A stretch of 64,000 nucleotides of DNA from Candidatus Marinacidobacterales bacterium (lineage in GTDB: Bacteria > Acidobacteriota > Vicinamibacteria > Marinacidobacterales > DATDRI01). A program made the position numbers and the translations under genes. The DNA lies in contig OZ245365.1 of NCBI GenBank assembly GCA_965226495.1, positions 2,464,001 to 2,528,000 on the forward strand. The letters are read 5' to 3'. Shown in pieces: positions 1 through 9,462 of the stretch (position 1 is its first letter; each line of letters begins with the position of its first letter). The notes below the pieces were generated by a model. It saw only the letters and a program-made list of their open reading frames with translations, was not told the DNA's origin and searched no databases.

Positions 1-1106
1 TGGGTCGTCAGGGCGTTCATGAAGACTGCGACCAGGGCGACGGCCAGAAAGGTGAGCGGCCGTGCTGCCTCGGTGAAACCTTCCCCGAAAAGAAAGCCGA
101 TGATGGGCCCGGCGAGCGCGAAAAGACCGGTGGCCGCGGGTATGGCGACAAGCAGGAGAATCGTCAGCACGAAACGACTCAAGGAAGGGAAGCCCCTCTG
201 TCCGAAGCGAGCGGCGAGAAGGGGAAAGCTGCCGGCGACGATGCCACCAGAGAGGACGAACATCGCTTCGAAGAGGCGAAAGGCGCTCGCAAATATCCCG
301 GCATCGGTGGCACCGCGAAGAGCCGCCAGAATCAAAAGATCCGCTCTCAGATAGACGATGGTGATGGCCGCGCTGACGGCGAGAGGTAGGCTCGCCTGGT
401 AAAGTCCTCTCACTTCCAGCCAATCGGGGCGGAACGAGGTTCGCCTCCAGGCCTTCGCCATCCAAGCGAGCGCCAACCAGAGCCCGGGTGCGGCTCCGAG
501 GACGAGGGCGAGGGCGATGCCTTCGAGCCCGGCGTTGCCGCGAATGGCGATCAGAGCACCCGCCAGCAGGCCCAGGCGGAGTACGGTGAGGACGATTCCC
601 TCTCGAGCGATGCGACCACGGCTGCGAAGGATCACCCCGAAGAGCTCGATCCAAGAGACAAGGAGCGACACTGCCAGTAGGAGCCACAGCAATCGGACGT
701 TCGTCGAGAGAATCGGTGACGCGGAAACAGCCGCGAACCCACCAATGAGTAAAGCCGAGACGAGCGCTTTAGCTGCCACAGCGCTCGCGACGACTCGCGG
801 CTCCCACGTTTTCGCGAGCGAGCGGAGCGTCACGATGTGCAGTCCCAGATCCGTCACCTGTGCGAGCATCCAGGCGACGTACCAGGCGACCGCGTAGATG
901 CCGTAACCTTGAGCGCCTAGGTTTCTCGCCAGCAAGATGGAGAGCAGTAGGGTTAACGAGCGGGACGCGACATCCCAGAAGACTTTCCCGATGCTAGCGG
1001 TAAAAGCGTTTCGCAGAAGATTTGATGTATCTGCCTCGCCGGTGCCTGCGGTGGTGTCCGGCATCTTGGTGCTTCGGAGAGGGAAGTGCCAACTTGCCTG
1101 CCTCAT
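1..1106 (-). CDS. Wzx-like oligosaccharide/polysaccharide flippase, runs off the window start
   Basis: Manual translation (not in the ORF track): ...LLLSILLARNLGAQGYGIYAVAWYVAWMLAQVTDLGL...LPLAVSAAITIVYLRADLLILAALRGATDAGIFASAFRL..., many hydrophobic segments. ATG at 1106 or 1064, just downstream of the radical SAM stop. Confidence 0.85.
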   Translation of the reverse strand, partial: MRQASWHFPLRSTKMPDTTAGTGEADTSNLLRNAFTASIGKVFWDVASRSLTLLLSILLARNLGAQGYGIYAVAWYVAWMLAQVTDLGLHIVTLRSLAKTWEPRVVASAVAAKALVSALLIGGFAAVSASPILSTNVRLLWLLLAVSLLVSWIELFGVILRSRGRIAREGIVLTVLRLGLLAGALIAIRGNAGLEGIALALVLGAAPGLWLALAWMAKAWRRTSFRPDWLEVRGLYQASLPLAVSAAITIVYLRADLLILAALRGATDAGIFASAFRLFEAMFVLSGGIVAGSFPLLAARFGQRGFPSLSRFVLTILLLVAIPAATGLFALAGPIIGFLFGEGFTEAARPLTFLAVALVAVFMNALTT

Positions 1107-1117
1107 CGAGCCGCGGG

Positions 1118-2581
1118 TTAGGCCGCCCGAAGAGCCGGGTTTTCTCGACGGGATAGGACCTTCAAGCGCAAACGTCCGGTGGCGAGCCCCAGGGCGTGCC
1201 GCACGACCCTCAGCAAGCTCGCCGGACTACGACAGTTGGCTAGCTCTTTCCTCAAGCGGAACTCGCGGTGCATGACCGAGTACAGCGTAGGATAGAACTC
1301 CGGCACATAGGTGCCGCGAAACATTAGCTCGAGGTCGTCGCTATGGGACCAGTTGGTCTTTGCCCCCAGCTCCTCCTTAACGCGATCGTAGAACGGGGTA
1401 CCCGGAAGAGGATAGCTGATGGAGATCCCGATATCGTCGGGACGAGCCTCCCGCACCAAATCGAGCGTCTTTTCGATATCGGACCAGTCCTCACCCGGGT
1501 AGCCAAATTGCAGGAAGTAACAAATGCGGATGCCCCGGGCACGCAGCAGTCGCGTGGCTTGGAAGATCTGCTCGACGCTGGTGCCCTTTTCCATGGCGTC
1601 TAGAATTTTTTGGGAACCGCTTTCCGCACCGACCCAAACGCTCTCGCACCCGGCGCTTGCCAGAGCCCGCGCCGTTTTCTCGTTGATGAGATCCACCCGG
1701 GCCTGGATCTTGAACGGCGTCGCGCAATCGAGCGCCTCGACTTCGGAGGCGAACTCCTCCACCCATTTGGGATGGAGACCGAAGATGTCGTCAGCGAACC
1801 AAATTTGATCCGGCTTGACCTCGCGCTTCAGCCACGCCATCTCTTGCGCGACGTTCGCGGGCGATCGCATGTTGTAGCGTTGTCCGTAAATGGGCTTCGC
1901 GCACCAGTTGCAGTGGTACGGGCAGCCCCTGGTGGTCACCATGCTGACGGAGAAATAATCGTGTCGTTTCAGCCAGGCGCGACGGTACCGAGTAACGTCC
2001 ACCAGATCCCAGGCGGGGAAGGGAAGTGCGTCCAGGGTCTTGATGAAACCCCGCGCTGGAGTTTTCAGAATACCGCCGTCCCGACCGAGAAAGGCGAGTC
2101 CGTGGACCTGGTTGATTCCCGTCGTTTTGCCACCATTCGCGAGCTCGCTCGCCAGCTCGGCCAAGGTTTCTTCCCCCTCTCCCAAAAGGGCGAAATCGAT
2201 ATGGGCGCCGAGGTATTGTTCAAGATGATCGGTGGCGTCGGAGCCGTTCACCACCACCCAAGCCCCTGCCTTCTTGGCCAAACGCGCCTTTTCCAGTGCG
2301 GCTTCGCGCATGTTGGTGAGGCACATCTTCGAGAGATAGTTGAAGTTGTCTTCGTAGATGGCAACGAGATCGGGACGGAACCGCTCGAGATCCGACTGGT
2401 ACTCGCGGTGGCCGGAGGCCAGCATCGAATCCGAGAGAAACACCTCGTGCCCGGATTCGCGGAGGAAAGACGCCGCGTAGAGGGTCCCCAAAGGCGGGTA
2501 AGGCTCTAGAATCTTCGCTTGTTTCGGGTCGAGCTCGAGCTGATAGGCCGGCGAGAAGAGGACCCTCATGCTAAATGCCAT
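1118..2581 (-). CDS. B12-binding domain radical SAM protein
   Basis: N-terminal PYPPLGTLYAAS cobalamin-binding-type start, TTRGCPYHCNWC (CxxxCxxC), GAESGSQKILDAM. Start more likely 2581 or 2569 than 2722. Confidence 0.9.
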   Translation of the reverse strand: MAFSMRVLFSPAYQLELDPKQAKILEPYPPLGTLYAASFLRESGHEVFLSDSMLASGHREYQSDLERFRPDLVAIYEDNFNYLSKMCLTNMREAALEKARLAKKAGAWVVVNGSDATDHLEQYLGAHIDFALLGEGEETLAELASELANGGKTTGINQVHGLAFLGRDGGILKTPARGFIKTLDALPFPAWDLVDVTRYRRAWLKRHDYFSVSMVTTRGCPYHCNWCAKPIYGQRYNMRSPANVAQEMAWLKREVKPDQIWFADDIFGLHPKWVEEFASEVEALDCATPFKIQARVDLINEKTARALASAGCESVWVGAESGSQKILDAMEKGTSVEQIFQATRLLRARGIRICYFLQFGYPGEDWSDIEKTLDLVREARPDDIGISISYPLPGTPFYDRVKEELGAKTNWSHSDDLELMFRGTYVPEFYPTLYSVMHREFRLRKELANCRSPASLLRVVRHALGLATGRLRLKVLSRRENPALRAA

Positions 2582-2858
2582 AGTATCACGCGGTTCACGT
2601 GGCCCGCCGTGAGCCCAGGGAGCTCCGTGGTCCCATGCCAGATACGCCCCTTGCCATATATAATGATGAGCGAGGGGAGACCACACCCTACGGTCTTCTT
2701 TAAGAGCCGATGATTCTCCCATCCCAGCGCTTAGAATGCCCTAGCCATGGGCGGCGCGCTGTTAGGTCCTTGACAGTGCTTGCACCGGCACTTTGCTAAC
2801 GTCGACCCGGATTTCAACAGCGCGAGGCACGGCGCGATTTCGGAGGAGGGTTGGATAC

Positions 2859-3767
2859 ATGAGTTCAAAGATTGCGAGGGCACTGTTCGGGGCCATTACG
2901 GCTCTCATCTTGAGCGTCGGGCCCGCGGCAGCCCAAGACATCATCGAGGGATCCGAAGAGCTGCGTTTCGACCGCACCGAAGCCTGGGCCATGAAGTACT
3001 TTGCCTCAGTCGGCATATTTACAGGCTTTGGCGTTCCCCCGGCACTAGAACCGGGCGCCATTGTGCTCGGGTTCGAGGGCGGCTGGATTCCTTCGGTGAG
3101 CGACGACAAGCGTCGTGTCGGTTTCAACGGGACGAAACTAGAGGATCTCAATAAATTGTCGTTCTTCGGCCGACTTCGCGTAACCATTGGTTTGCCCAGC
3201 AACACGTCCGTAACTCTGGGTTACGTTCCGCCGGTGAAATTGGGAGGCATCAAGCCCAATCTATTCGCTGCGGACGTGGGCCGCCCCTTCGCGTTGTCGG
3301 GAAACTGGCGACTGGGACTCCGTGGCTACGGCCAGTTCGGCACCATCGAGGGTGATTTCACGTGCGACAAGGACACCGTGGAAGCGGGTCCGGACCCGGA
3401 GCGCAATCCCTTCTTTTGTGAGCAGGTGTCGAATGACGATTACAAGCAGCGCGTGCTCGGAGGGGAGGTGACTTTGGGGTACGCAAGCGGGGGTTGGGCG
3501 CCCTACTTCGGGTTGGGCGTCAATTATCTCGACTTGGAGTTCGAGGTGAACGCTCAATACTCCGGGTTCATCGACCGAAGCTCGCTCCTCACCGACGGAG
3601 TGACTTATTCGCTGACCTCCGGCGTGAAGTATTCCTTCGCTCAAAAATGGGAGATCGCGGGAGAGGTCTTCTACACCTGGCTTGGCGTGACACGTCCCCC
3701 GAACACCGCGAGCCAGAACGATGGACTCTTCAACGTGCGCGGCCTCGTCACGTACCGCTTACGCTAG
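2859..3767 (+). CDS. Secreted/outer-membrane beta-barrel-like hypothetical protein
   Basis: GGAGGAGG before ATG 2859, signal peptide ending AAA-Q, alternating beta-strand pattern, C-terminus VRGLVTYRLR. Confidence 0.65.
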   Translation: MSSKIARALFGAITALILSVGPAAAQDIIEGSEELRFDRTEAWAMKYFASVGIFTGFGVPPALEPGAIVLGFEGGWIPSVSDDKRRVGFNGTKLEDLNKLSFFGRLRVTIGLPSNTSVTLGYVPPVKLGGIKPNLFAADVGRPFALSGNWRLGLRGYGQFGTIEGDFTCDKDTVEAGPDPERNPFFCEQVSNDDYKQRVLGGEVTLGYASGGWAPYFGLGVNYLDLEFEVNAQYSGFIDRSSLLTDGVTYSLTSGVKYSFAQKWEIAGEVFYTWLGVTRPPNTASQNDGLFNVRGLVTYRLR

Positions 3768-3901
3768 TCGCGGGGGAGAGCGTAAGTCGCCTTAACACGG
3801 TTTCCGCTCTTCGACGGAATCGCACTGCCGCCTTGCGGTTGTCGCAACGAATGTAGTCGAGCGCCCACGTCCCAAGGCGACCAGAGCAGAGCCGCCCCCA
3901 T

Positions 3902-4236
3902 TCACGAATCGAGGGCGAAACTCAGTGCCTCGCAGGTCCGATCGAGTTTCTCTCGCGTCAAGGTCGTGATGAGGGATCCGATTTTGCCATTCGCCACAGT
4001 CTGGACGTGGTCGAGGTTGACCGCGCAGTCGCGGGCCATGCCGTCTTTCTGTGTCAGGAACACCTCCGAGGGAATGTCCCGAACGGAATGTCCCGAACGG
4101 CGGAGGTGATTGGCGCAATGGTAACCTCCCCGAGGAAATCCAGCGCCGAATCGCGGGTGAGGACCAGGACCGGTCGCTTCTTGTCAGGTCTCCGAAACTT
4201 GTACCATCGAACCTCGCCGCGCCTCAGTCGGGCCAT
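3902..4236 (-). pseudogene. mazF: MazF/PemK toxin disrupted by a 14-bp tandem duplication
   Basis: MARLRRGEVRW...KKRPVLVLTRDS...VTIAPITS. GGAATGTCCCGAAC is repeated at 4071-4084 and 4085-4098; removing one copy restores ...DIPSEVFL...CAVNLDHVQTV...FALDS* (stop at 3902). Confidence 0.85.
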
Positions 4237-4454
4237 ACCTGCTCGCCCTCCCAGACGTCGAACTCCTGCGGCTTAACGGGATGGCGTTGGTAGCCGGCGT
4301 GATGTTGTTCCTCCAGCTCCCGCTCCCGGAGCCGCGTTAGCGCCAGACGGAGAGCTTTTCGTGCAAAGCCTGATCGTGTTGTGCCGAGCCGCTTGGCTGC
4401 CTCATCCACAGCCTGGACAAGTTCTTCATCGAGAGTCATTTGGACCGTTTTCAC
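4224..4454 (-). CDS. Ribbon-helix-helix (CopG-like) antitoxin
   Basis: MKTVQMTLDEELVQAVDEAAKRLGTTRSGFARKALR, overlaps the toxin start. Confidence 0.85.
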   Translation of the reverse strand: MKTVQMTLDEELVQAVDEAAKRLGTTRSGFARKALRLALTRLRERELEEQHHAGYQRHPVKPQEFDVWEGEQVWPD

Positions 4455-4472
4455 CTGGCGCCCTCTCTGGAG

Positions 4473-4490
4473 TAGCTATCCCGATAGCTA
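4473..4490. promoter_or_regulatory. Inverted repeat, likely TA autoregulatory operator
   Basis: TAGCTATC-CC-GATAGCTA about 20 bp upstream of the RHH antitoxin start. Confidence 0.5.
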
Positions 4491-4565
4491 GTATAACCAA
4501 CATCGTGGTCCACATCAACCGTGAAGACTGACCCCGCAGACGAGTTTCCCTCAAAAGAGCGTTGG

Positions 4566-4919
4566 CTAGCAGTGTTCGGGCTCGATATCGAAGATCAGGG
4601 CGATGGCCTTCTTGACGCGGTCTAGCTCTTCACCACTCAGGGTTCCGAGTTTCTTGATGAAGCAGCCATGGCTGAGGGCTCTGATTTGAAAACAATCTAC
4701 CGCGGACTTCTTCCTAAGGCCGTGTCTTGGCCCGGGCGTTATGGTGAGAAAGAAGGGATTCTTCTCCCAGCGTTGCCTCCATGCGGTTACCGGCACGACG
4801 ATAGCCAGAGGAAGGTTCTTCGCGTGACCGGGATTGAGTATGACCACCGGCCGAGATTTCTGGATCTCATCCCCAATCGTTGGGTCGAGATTTGCCTGGT
4901 ATAGGTCACCGGTCCTCAA
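4566..4919 (-). CDS. mazF: PemK/MazF family toxin
   Basis: MRTGDLYQANLDPTIGDEIQKSRPVVIL...IVVPVT...SAVDCFQIRALS. Confidence 0.92.
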   Translation of the reverse strand: MRTGDLYQANLDPTIGDEIQKSRPVVILNPGHAKNLPLAIVVPVTAWRQRWEKNPFFLTITPGPRHGLRKKSAVDCFQIRALSHGCFIKKLGTLSGEELDRVKKAIALIFDIEPEHC

Positions 4920-5145
4920 ACGGTTCTCCCGCTATGGACTCAAAGACGTCCTCGTGACCCTCCGCGTAGCCTTCCATCGCCTTCTGTCGCTCGAGCTCAC
5001 GGAGCTTTCTCTTGTCGGCCCGGATCTTCTCGCGGATCGCTGCACGCATGTACTCGCTCTTGCTCCCATACTCGAGGGTTTCACAGACCCTATCGATGAA
5101 CTCGAGATCTTCCGGCTCCAGCTGCACCTTCTGTGTGAGTTTCAT
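4906..5145 (-). CDS. Ribbon-helix-helix antitoxin
   Basis: MKLTQKVQLEPEDLEFIDRVC...SKSEYMRAAIRE, overlaps the toxin start; ATG at 5145. Confidence 0.8.
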   Translation of the reverse strand: MKLTQKVQLEPEDLEFIDRVCETLEYGSKSEYMRAAIREKIRADKRKLRELERQKAMEGYAEGHEDVFESIAGEPFEDR

Positions 5146-5169
5146 GGCTTTAAAAGAATAGCACAGATA

Positions 5170-5188
5170 GGGCCTAATTACTAGGCCC
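5170..5188. promoter_or_regulatory. Inverted repeat, likely TA operator
   Basis: GGGCCTA-ATTAC-TAGGCCC about 25 bp upstream of the antitoxin ATG. Confidence 0.45.
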
Positions 5189-5289
5189 ACTAATGTGTAC
5201 TTTTATTGGGACGATCAAATTGGCCCGATCGCCGCGCGGGTTTGCCTGGCGGTCTATTTAAACGGACTTCGAAGCACGATGCTGACGAC

Positions 5290-5495
5290 TATTGTGAAGC
5301 GCTACGTGGTATTGAACGAGCTGAAGACCGAGGGGTTATTCTAGACTACGCCCTCGGCGGCGCGGTGGCCGCGCTTTTCTACATTGAGCCGATCGAAACC
5401 CACGACCTGGACGTCTTCATCTCCCTGCCACAAATACGCAATAGCAAGGGGTACGTGCCAGATCAAAACCACGTCGTTGTCGAGGGAGTTCCTGG
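5290..5495 (+). pseudogene. Nucleotidyltransferase-like gene remnant
   Basis: YALGGAVAALFYIEPIETHDLDVFI (GG...DxD motif); disrupted start, truncated after VVVEGVP. Confidence 0.65.
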
Positions 5496-5678
5496 AAGAC
5501 CCTCGTAGACTTCATCGTAGAGTCGCCCTAGCTCAGGCTTCTTGGCAAGCCTGTTGAAGGCGCGATTGAGAGCGCGTACGTACGTCTGAGCTTGCTCGAG
5601 GCCCCAAGTTTCCGCCGTGTAAGCCCAAATGCCGTCTAGGTCGGCGCGGGCCTTCGGCCGGAGAGCGAAATTAAGCAC
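5463..5678 (-). pseudogene. parE: ParE/RelE toxin, C-terminally truncated
   Basis: MLNFALRPKARADLDGIWAYTAETWGLEQAQTY...PELGRLYDEVYEGL, then reads into the antisense of the nucleotidyltransferase remnant. Confidence 0.85.
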
Positions 5679-5921
5679 GCTTTCGGTCGAGCGTTTTGTC
5701 CGCGATGAATGCCTCTACGTCGAACGGTTCCGCCGGGCCACTTTCCAAGCCTTCTTCGATCGCGGCCCGCAGCGCCGTTAGTTTAGCCTCGCGTTCCTCA
5801 AGGAGCCGCAGCCCGGCCCGGACGACTTCGCTCGCGTTGCCGTAACGTCCCTTGGAAAGAGCTGTTCCTCCAGGAACTCGGCGAAGTGTTCGCCAAGCGC
5901 GATACTCGTGTTCTTCCCCAC
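5671..5921 (-). pseudogene. parD: ParD-type antitoxin with frameshift
   Basis: GTG at 5921: MGKNTSIALGEHFAEFLEEQL; 2 extra nt near 5858 shift the frame before SKGRYGNASEVVRAGLRLLEE. Confidence 0.85.
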
Positions 5922-6081
5922 GTGATTCCCCCCGCTCTGTACCAATAGATACTGTCTCTTGGTAGTCTCGAAAGTTCAATTCCCGGCAAATCGGTCTCCT
6001 TGGCGCGAATGACGCAACCCCATCCCTAAGGAAGCGTGGTTCCCGTGCAGAAGCCGCAGGCGTGTGTCTTCGCGACAGCGT

Positions 6082-6109
6082 ATTTAACATAATACATCTT
6101 ATCGGACCT
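6082..6109 (-). other. dif: XerCD recombination site (dif)
   Basis: Minus strand reads AGGTCCGATAA-GATGTA-TTATGTTAAAT: 11-6-11 layout, XerD arm identical to the E. coli dif XerD arm. Confidence 0.9.
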
Positions 6110-6114
6110 TGGAT

Positions 6115-6455
6115 TGTAGGGCGCAATATGCAAAATGTCGGGTTTTCGCAACTTAGAAATGTCGGTTTTCAGGCATCCTTGTCGGGCCTGAGGCCGACAT
6201 GGGAGGATGCGAGGACCCTGACCATGAGCGTGAAGGAGCTGGATCGGGTTGAGTTATTGCGCCGAGTGATCGGGAGACGGACGACGCAGTGGCAAGGGGC
6301 TGCTCAACTTGGGCTTAGCCTCCGCCAGTTGAAGGATTGTGCCGGGCGTTGCGCCGGCAAGGAGCCTCCGGGCTGGTGTCGCGTAAGCGTGGGTGTCCCA
6401 GCAACCGAAAGCTTCCGGCGGGACTTCGCGAACATGTGCTGAGCCTGGTCCGGCT
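6115..6455 (+). mobile_element. IS1202-family (ISNCY-like) left end and transposase N-terminal remnant
   Basis: TGT terminus at 6115, repeated subterminal AAATGTCGG(G)TTTTC motifs, MSVKELDRVELLRRV...AAQLGLSLRQLK then a frameshifted ...GLVSRKRGCPSNRKL; truncated. Confidence 0.75.
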
Positions 6456-6545
6456 CACACTGACCTCCCCTTGAAGCGACTGACGGAGAAAGTGCTTCTA
6501 TTGCGAGCGGACCTGGATTGGTCTACTCCACCGGACCGGGGTAGT

Positions 6546-6739
6546 GCCCTGGACTATGGTTGCGACGGACTCGGAGGAACCCGGAGGGGCGTGAATTCTT
6601 TAAGAAGAGTCCCGGGAGGGCGGACGTCGCGGAGAAGGTGTTCCGATCGCAAGCGAACCAGCGTATCGCCTCCGGCCGATTCCAAGTAATAGACGTCCTT
6701 CGGATCGACCGGCACTTGGTGGAACTCAGAGACGCTTAG
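6546..6739 (-). pseudogene. Stand-alone LytTR regulator remnant
   Basis: VPVDPKDVYYLESAGGDTLVRLRS...DVRPPGTLLKEFTP closely parallels 32957-33331; both ends lost, frameshifted. Confidence 0.75.
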
Positions 6740-7020
6740 GGCCTCATCCCGCCAATAACGATACCCCAACCTCAAATTGACAAGCTGATCGAATGGTCTG
6801 TATTCTGTTTGTAACTCTAAATACTTCCACAATCCATGAAAACCACGACTGACGGGAACGTGGACGTTAAGCGTCCTGACGAAGTCGAACTGCTCCGCGA
6901 GGCCCTGAACGACCTGTCGGACCTGCCAAATGGCTTGGCATCCGGCCTGCTGGATCTTCTCAACAAGAAGGACGACAAACATCGCGCCGCGTCAATACGT
7001 GAGTTGATCGAGGAGTTCGC
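6740..7020 (+). repeat. 281-bp imperfect repeat, copy 1 (promoter plus small leader ORF)
   Basis: Aligns with 14128-14408; contains TTGACA-N18-TATTCT and MKTTTDGNVDVKRPDEVELLREAL...EEFA, with no ATPase downstream. Confidence 0.9.
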
Positions 7021-7240
7021 CAGGCGCATTTCGAGTACTCCGTTCTCCTTTGGCTTCGCCACCGGGCGCCAATCTTCCCGGTCGTGCTCTATCTCCAAGG
7101 CGGAGAAGGCCTGACAGACGAAGAGTACCAAGTGAGTCTCTTCGGACGGGAGCTCTTCCGGTTTCGTTATGCCAGCGTGGGGCTGGCACATCTTCTGGCT
7201 GAGGAGTATCTTGAAAGCGGACCCCTCGGGGTGGCACTCT

Positions 7241-8618
7241 TGTTCTAGTTCAGTTGAAACGTGACACCAACCGGCTCCAAGATAAGGAGCCCAGAGGAGT
7301 CACAGATGAGCCATCAAACCCGCCGAAAGTTCAGCGCCGAGGAAAAGGCCGCGTTGCTGCGCCAGCACCTTGTGGACAAGAAGCCCGTGTCGGACGTGTG
7401 CGACGAGCACGGCATCCAGCCGAGCGTGTTCTACAACGGGCAGGAGGAAAGGCTCGCGCGCGAGATCGAATCGTTGAGGGCAAAGCTCGCGAAGAAGGAC
7501 AACGTGATCGCGGAGGTGTCGGAAGAGTTTGTACGCCTAAAAAAAGAACTTGGGGAGCCCTGACGGGTCGCTGGGTCCCCCCCGATACCCGAGACGAGGT
7601 CGTGGACTTCGTGACGAAGTGGTCGGCTACAACCGAGCTGCCGGCGACGCGGTTCGCAGCGTGGTTGGGTGTCGCCCGTGGAAAATACTACGCGTGGAAA
7701 GACCACTACGGCCGCGCCCACGAGCATAACGGCAAGATTCCGCGAGATCACTGGATCGAAGCGCGGGAGCGAGAGGCGATCCTCGACTACTTCGATGCCC
7801 ATCCCCTCGACGGCTATCGTCGCCTAAGCTTCATGATGCTCGACGAGGATGTCGTCGCCGTGAGCCCGTCGACGGCGTTCCGGACGCTGCGGGACGCGGG
7901 CCGTCTCGATCGCTTCAATGGTCGGCCATCGAAGAAGGGTAGCGGATTCGTGCAGCCTGACGGGGCTCACAAGCACTGGCATATCGACATCTCGTACCTC
8001 AACCTCGCCGGGACCTTCTACTATCTGTGCTCGATTCTCGACGGCTACAGCCGTTTCATTGTCCATTGGGAAATCCGCGAGTCGATGAAGGAGTCCGAAG
8101 TCGAGACCATCCTGCAGCGAGCACGCGAGAAGTTTCCCGATGCTCGCCCTCGCATCATCAGCGACAACGGACCGCAGTTCATCGCTCGCGACTTCAAGGC
8201 GTTCATTCGACTCTCAGGCATGACCCACGTTCGAACCGCACCCTACTACCCGCAGTCCAACGGCAAGATCGAGGCGTGGCACAAGACGCTCAAAACCACG
8301 ACCATCCGGCCCAATGCTCCAGCGTCCGTCGACGACGCCCGTCGCCTCGTCGCGTCCTTCGTCACCTACTACAACGACAAGCGTCTTCACAGCGCCACAG
8401 GCTACATCGCACCCGCCGACAAGCTCGCTGGCCGAGAACACATCATCTGGACCCAACGCGATGCTAAGCTCGAGGCGGCTCGCGAGCTTCGACGTCAACG
8501 CCGCGCTCAACTCCGGGAGATACCAGCGTGATCGTCCGTTTCAACAGCCTCAGTCCAACACGTGTTCGACTGCGTTATCCTGCTAACCGCAATGTCGCGT
8601 TCCCGCTGAACCAATACA
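7241..8618 (+). mobile_element. IS3-family element (orfA 7306-7563, orfB to 8531)
   Basis: Terminal IRs TGTTCTAGTTCAGTTGAAAC / TGTATTGGTTCAGCGGGAAC, A7G slippery site at 7539-7546, DDE motifs WHIDISY, ISDNGPQF, SNGKIE. orfA looks internally shortened; no target duplication seen. Confidence 0.92.
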
Positions 8619-9452
8619 CTGTGGGGACGACACCGTTGGGAATTGTGGTAGCCGCTTCGAGGTAGTCTTCGTGTACTGCCAGGCTGAGGTGGGGATAGCT
8701 CGTAAACGAGCCACGTTTTGGCCGGTCAGCCAGCGATAGAAAGTCCCAAACTCCCCTTTCACCGCGACCCGTGATCGCGCTGCGCCCCGGAGCGACAGGG
8801 TCAACACCTAAGCTCTTGAGCGACTTGTCCTTCCGAAATTCCCCCATTGCGAGGTTGAGCAGCCGCTTGCCCTCCCCGTAGGTATATGGGTTGTCGGCTG
8901 AGAACTGGAATCCGTCGAACATGGTTAACGTTCCTTCCGTTAGATACTGCTCGCGAGCCAAACGCACCTCGGCGGCTGAAGATAAGCCCGCAGCCGTTCG
9001 CCCCACTCGCTCCGCGTGGTGTCTTTTCCAAGCCATTCGTACAACCCAGACCAAGTCAGGTGGATTGCTCGCTTGACGCGCACATCAGCCTTGGTGAGAA
9101 CTACTCGTGTAACTCGGTCAAACCCGCGGCGGCGCAGGGTCTGCTCGTGACGTGCAAGCTGGTCTTCGGTCAGGGGCGCCTGAACCTCGCTCTCGATCAG
9201 TAGGCACCACGCAGCTCCGTCATGGATGACGATATCCGGCAATCCCTTACGCTCGACCTCTTCCTCGGGTTCGGGTGGGTCGCCGGGGAGGCTTTGCTCA
9301 TCGATCAGTAGCTTCCCGTCGCGACCTGGCGGCTTCACGCCAATCCACGCGAGAAACCCTCCGAGGAGTGCTCGATCCTCGTGCAAAGAGACCGCCAGAG
9401 CATGGCTTAGCCGATTCTCAGGCTGGTTGTATTGGTCGAATAGGTTTCGCAT
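8619..9452 (-). pseudogene. PD-(D/E)XK nuclease-like protein, frameshifted and truncated by IS3
   Basis: ENRLSHAL...GLPDIVIHDGAAWCLLIESEV...QLARH; 1-nt frameshift near 8975; the 3' end abuts the IS3 right IR. Confidence 0.65.
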
Positions 9453-9462
9453 CTTCGGAGAT

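Noticed and set aside
4540-4560. ACGAGTTTCCCTCAAAAGAGC between TA modules as a degenerate site
   Set aside because: Needs gaps and several mismatches
7022-7240. Possible gene fragment between repeat copy 1 and IS3
   Set aside because: No recognisable motif; frame and identity cannot be supported
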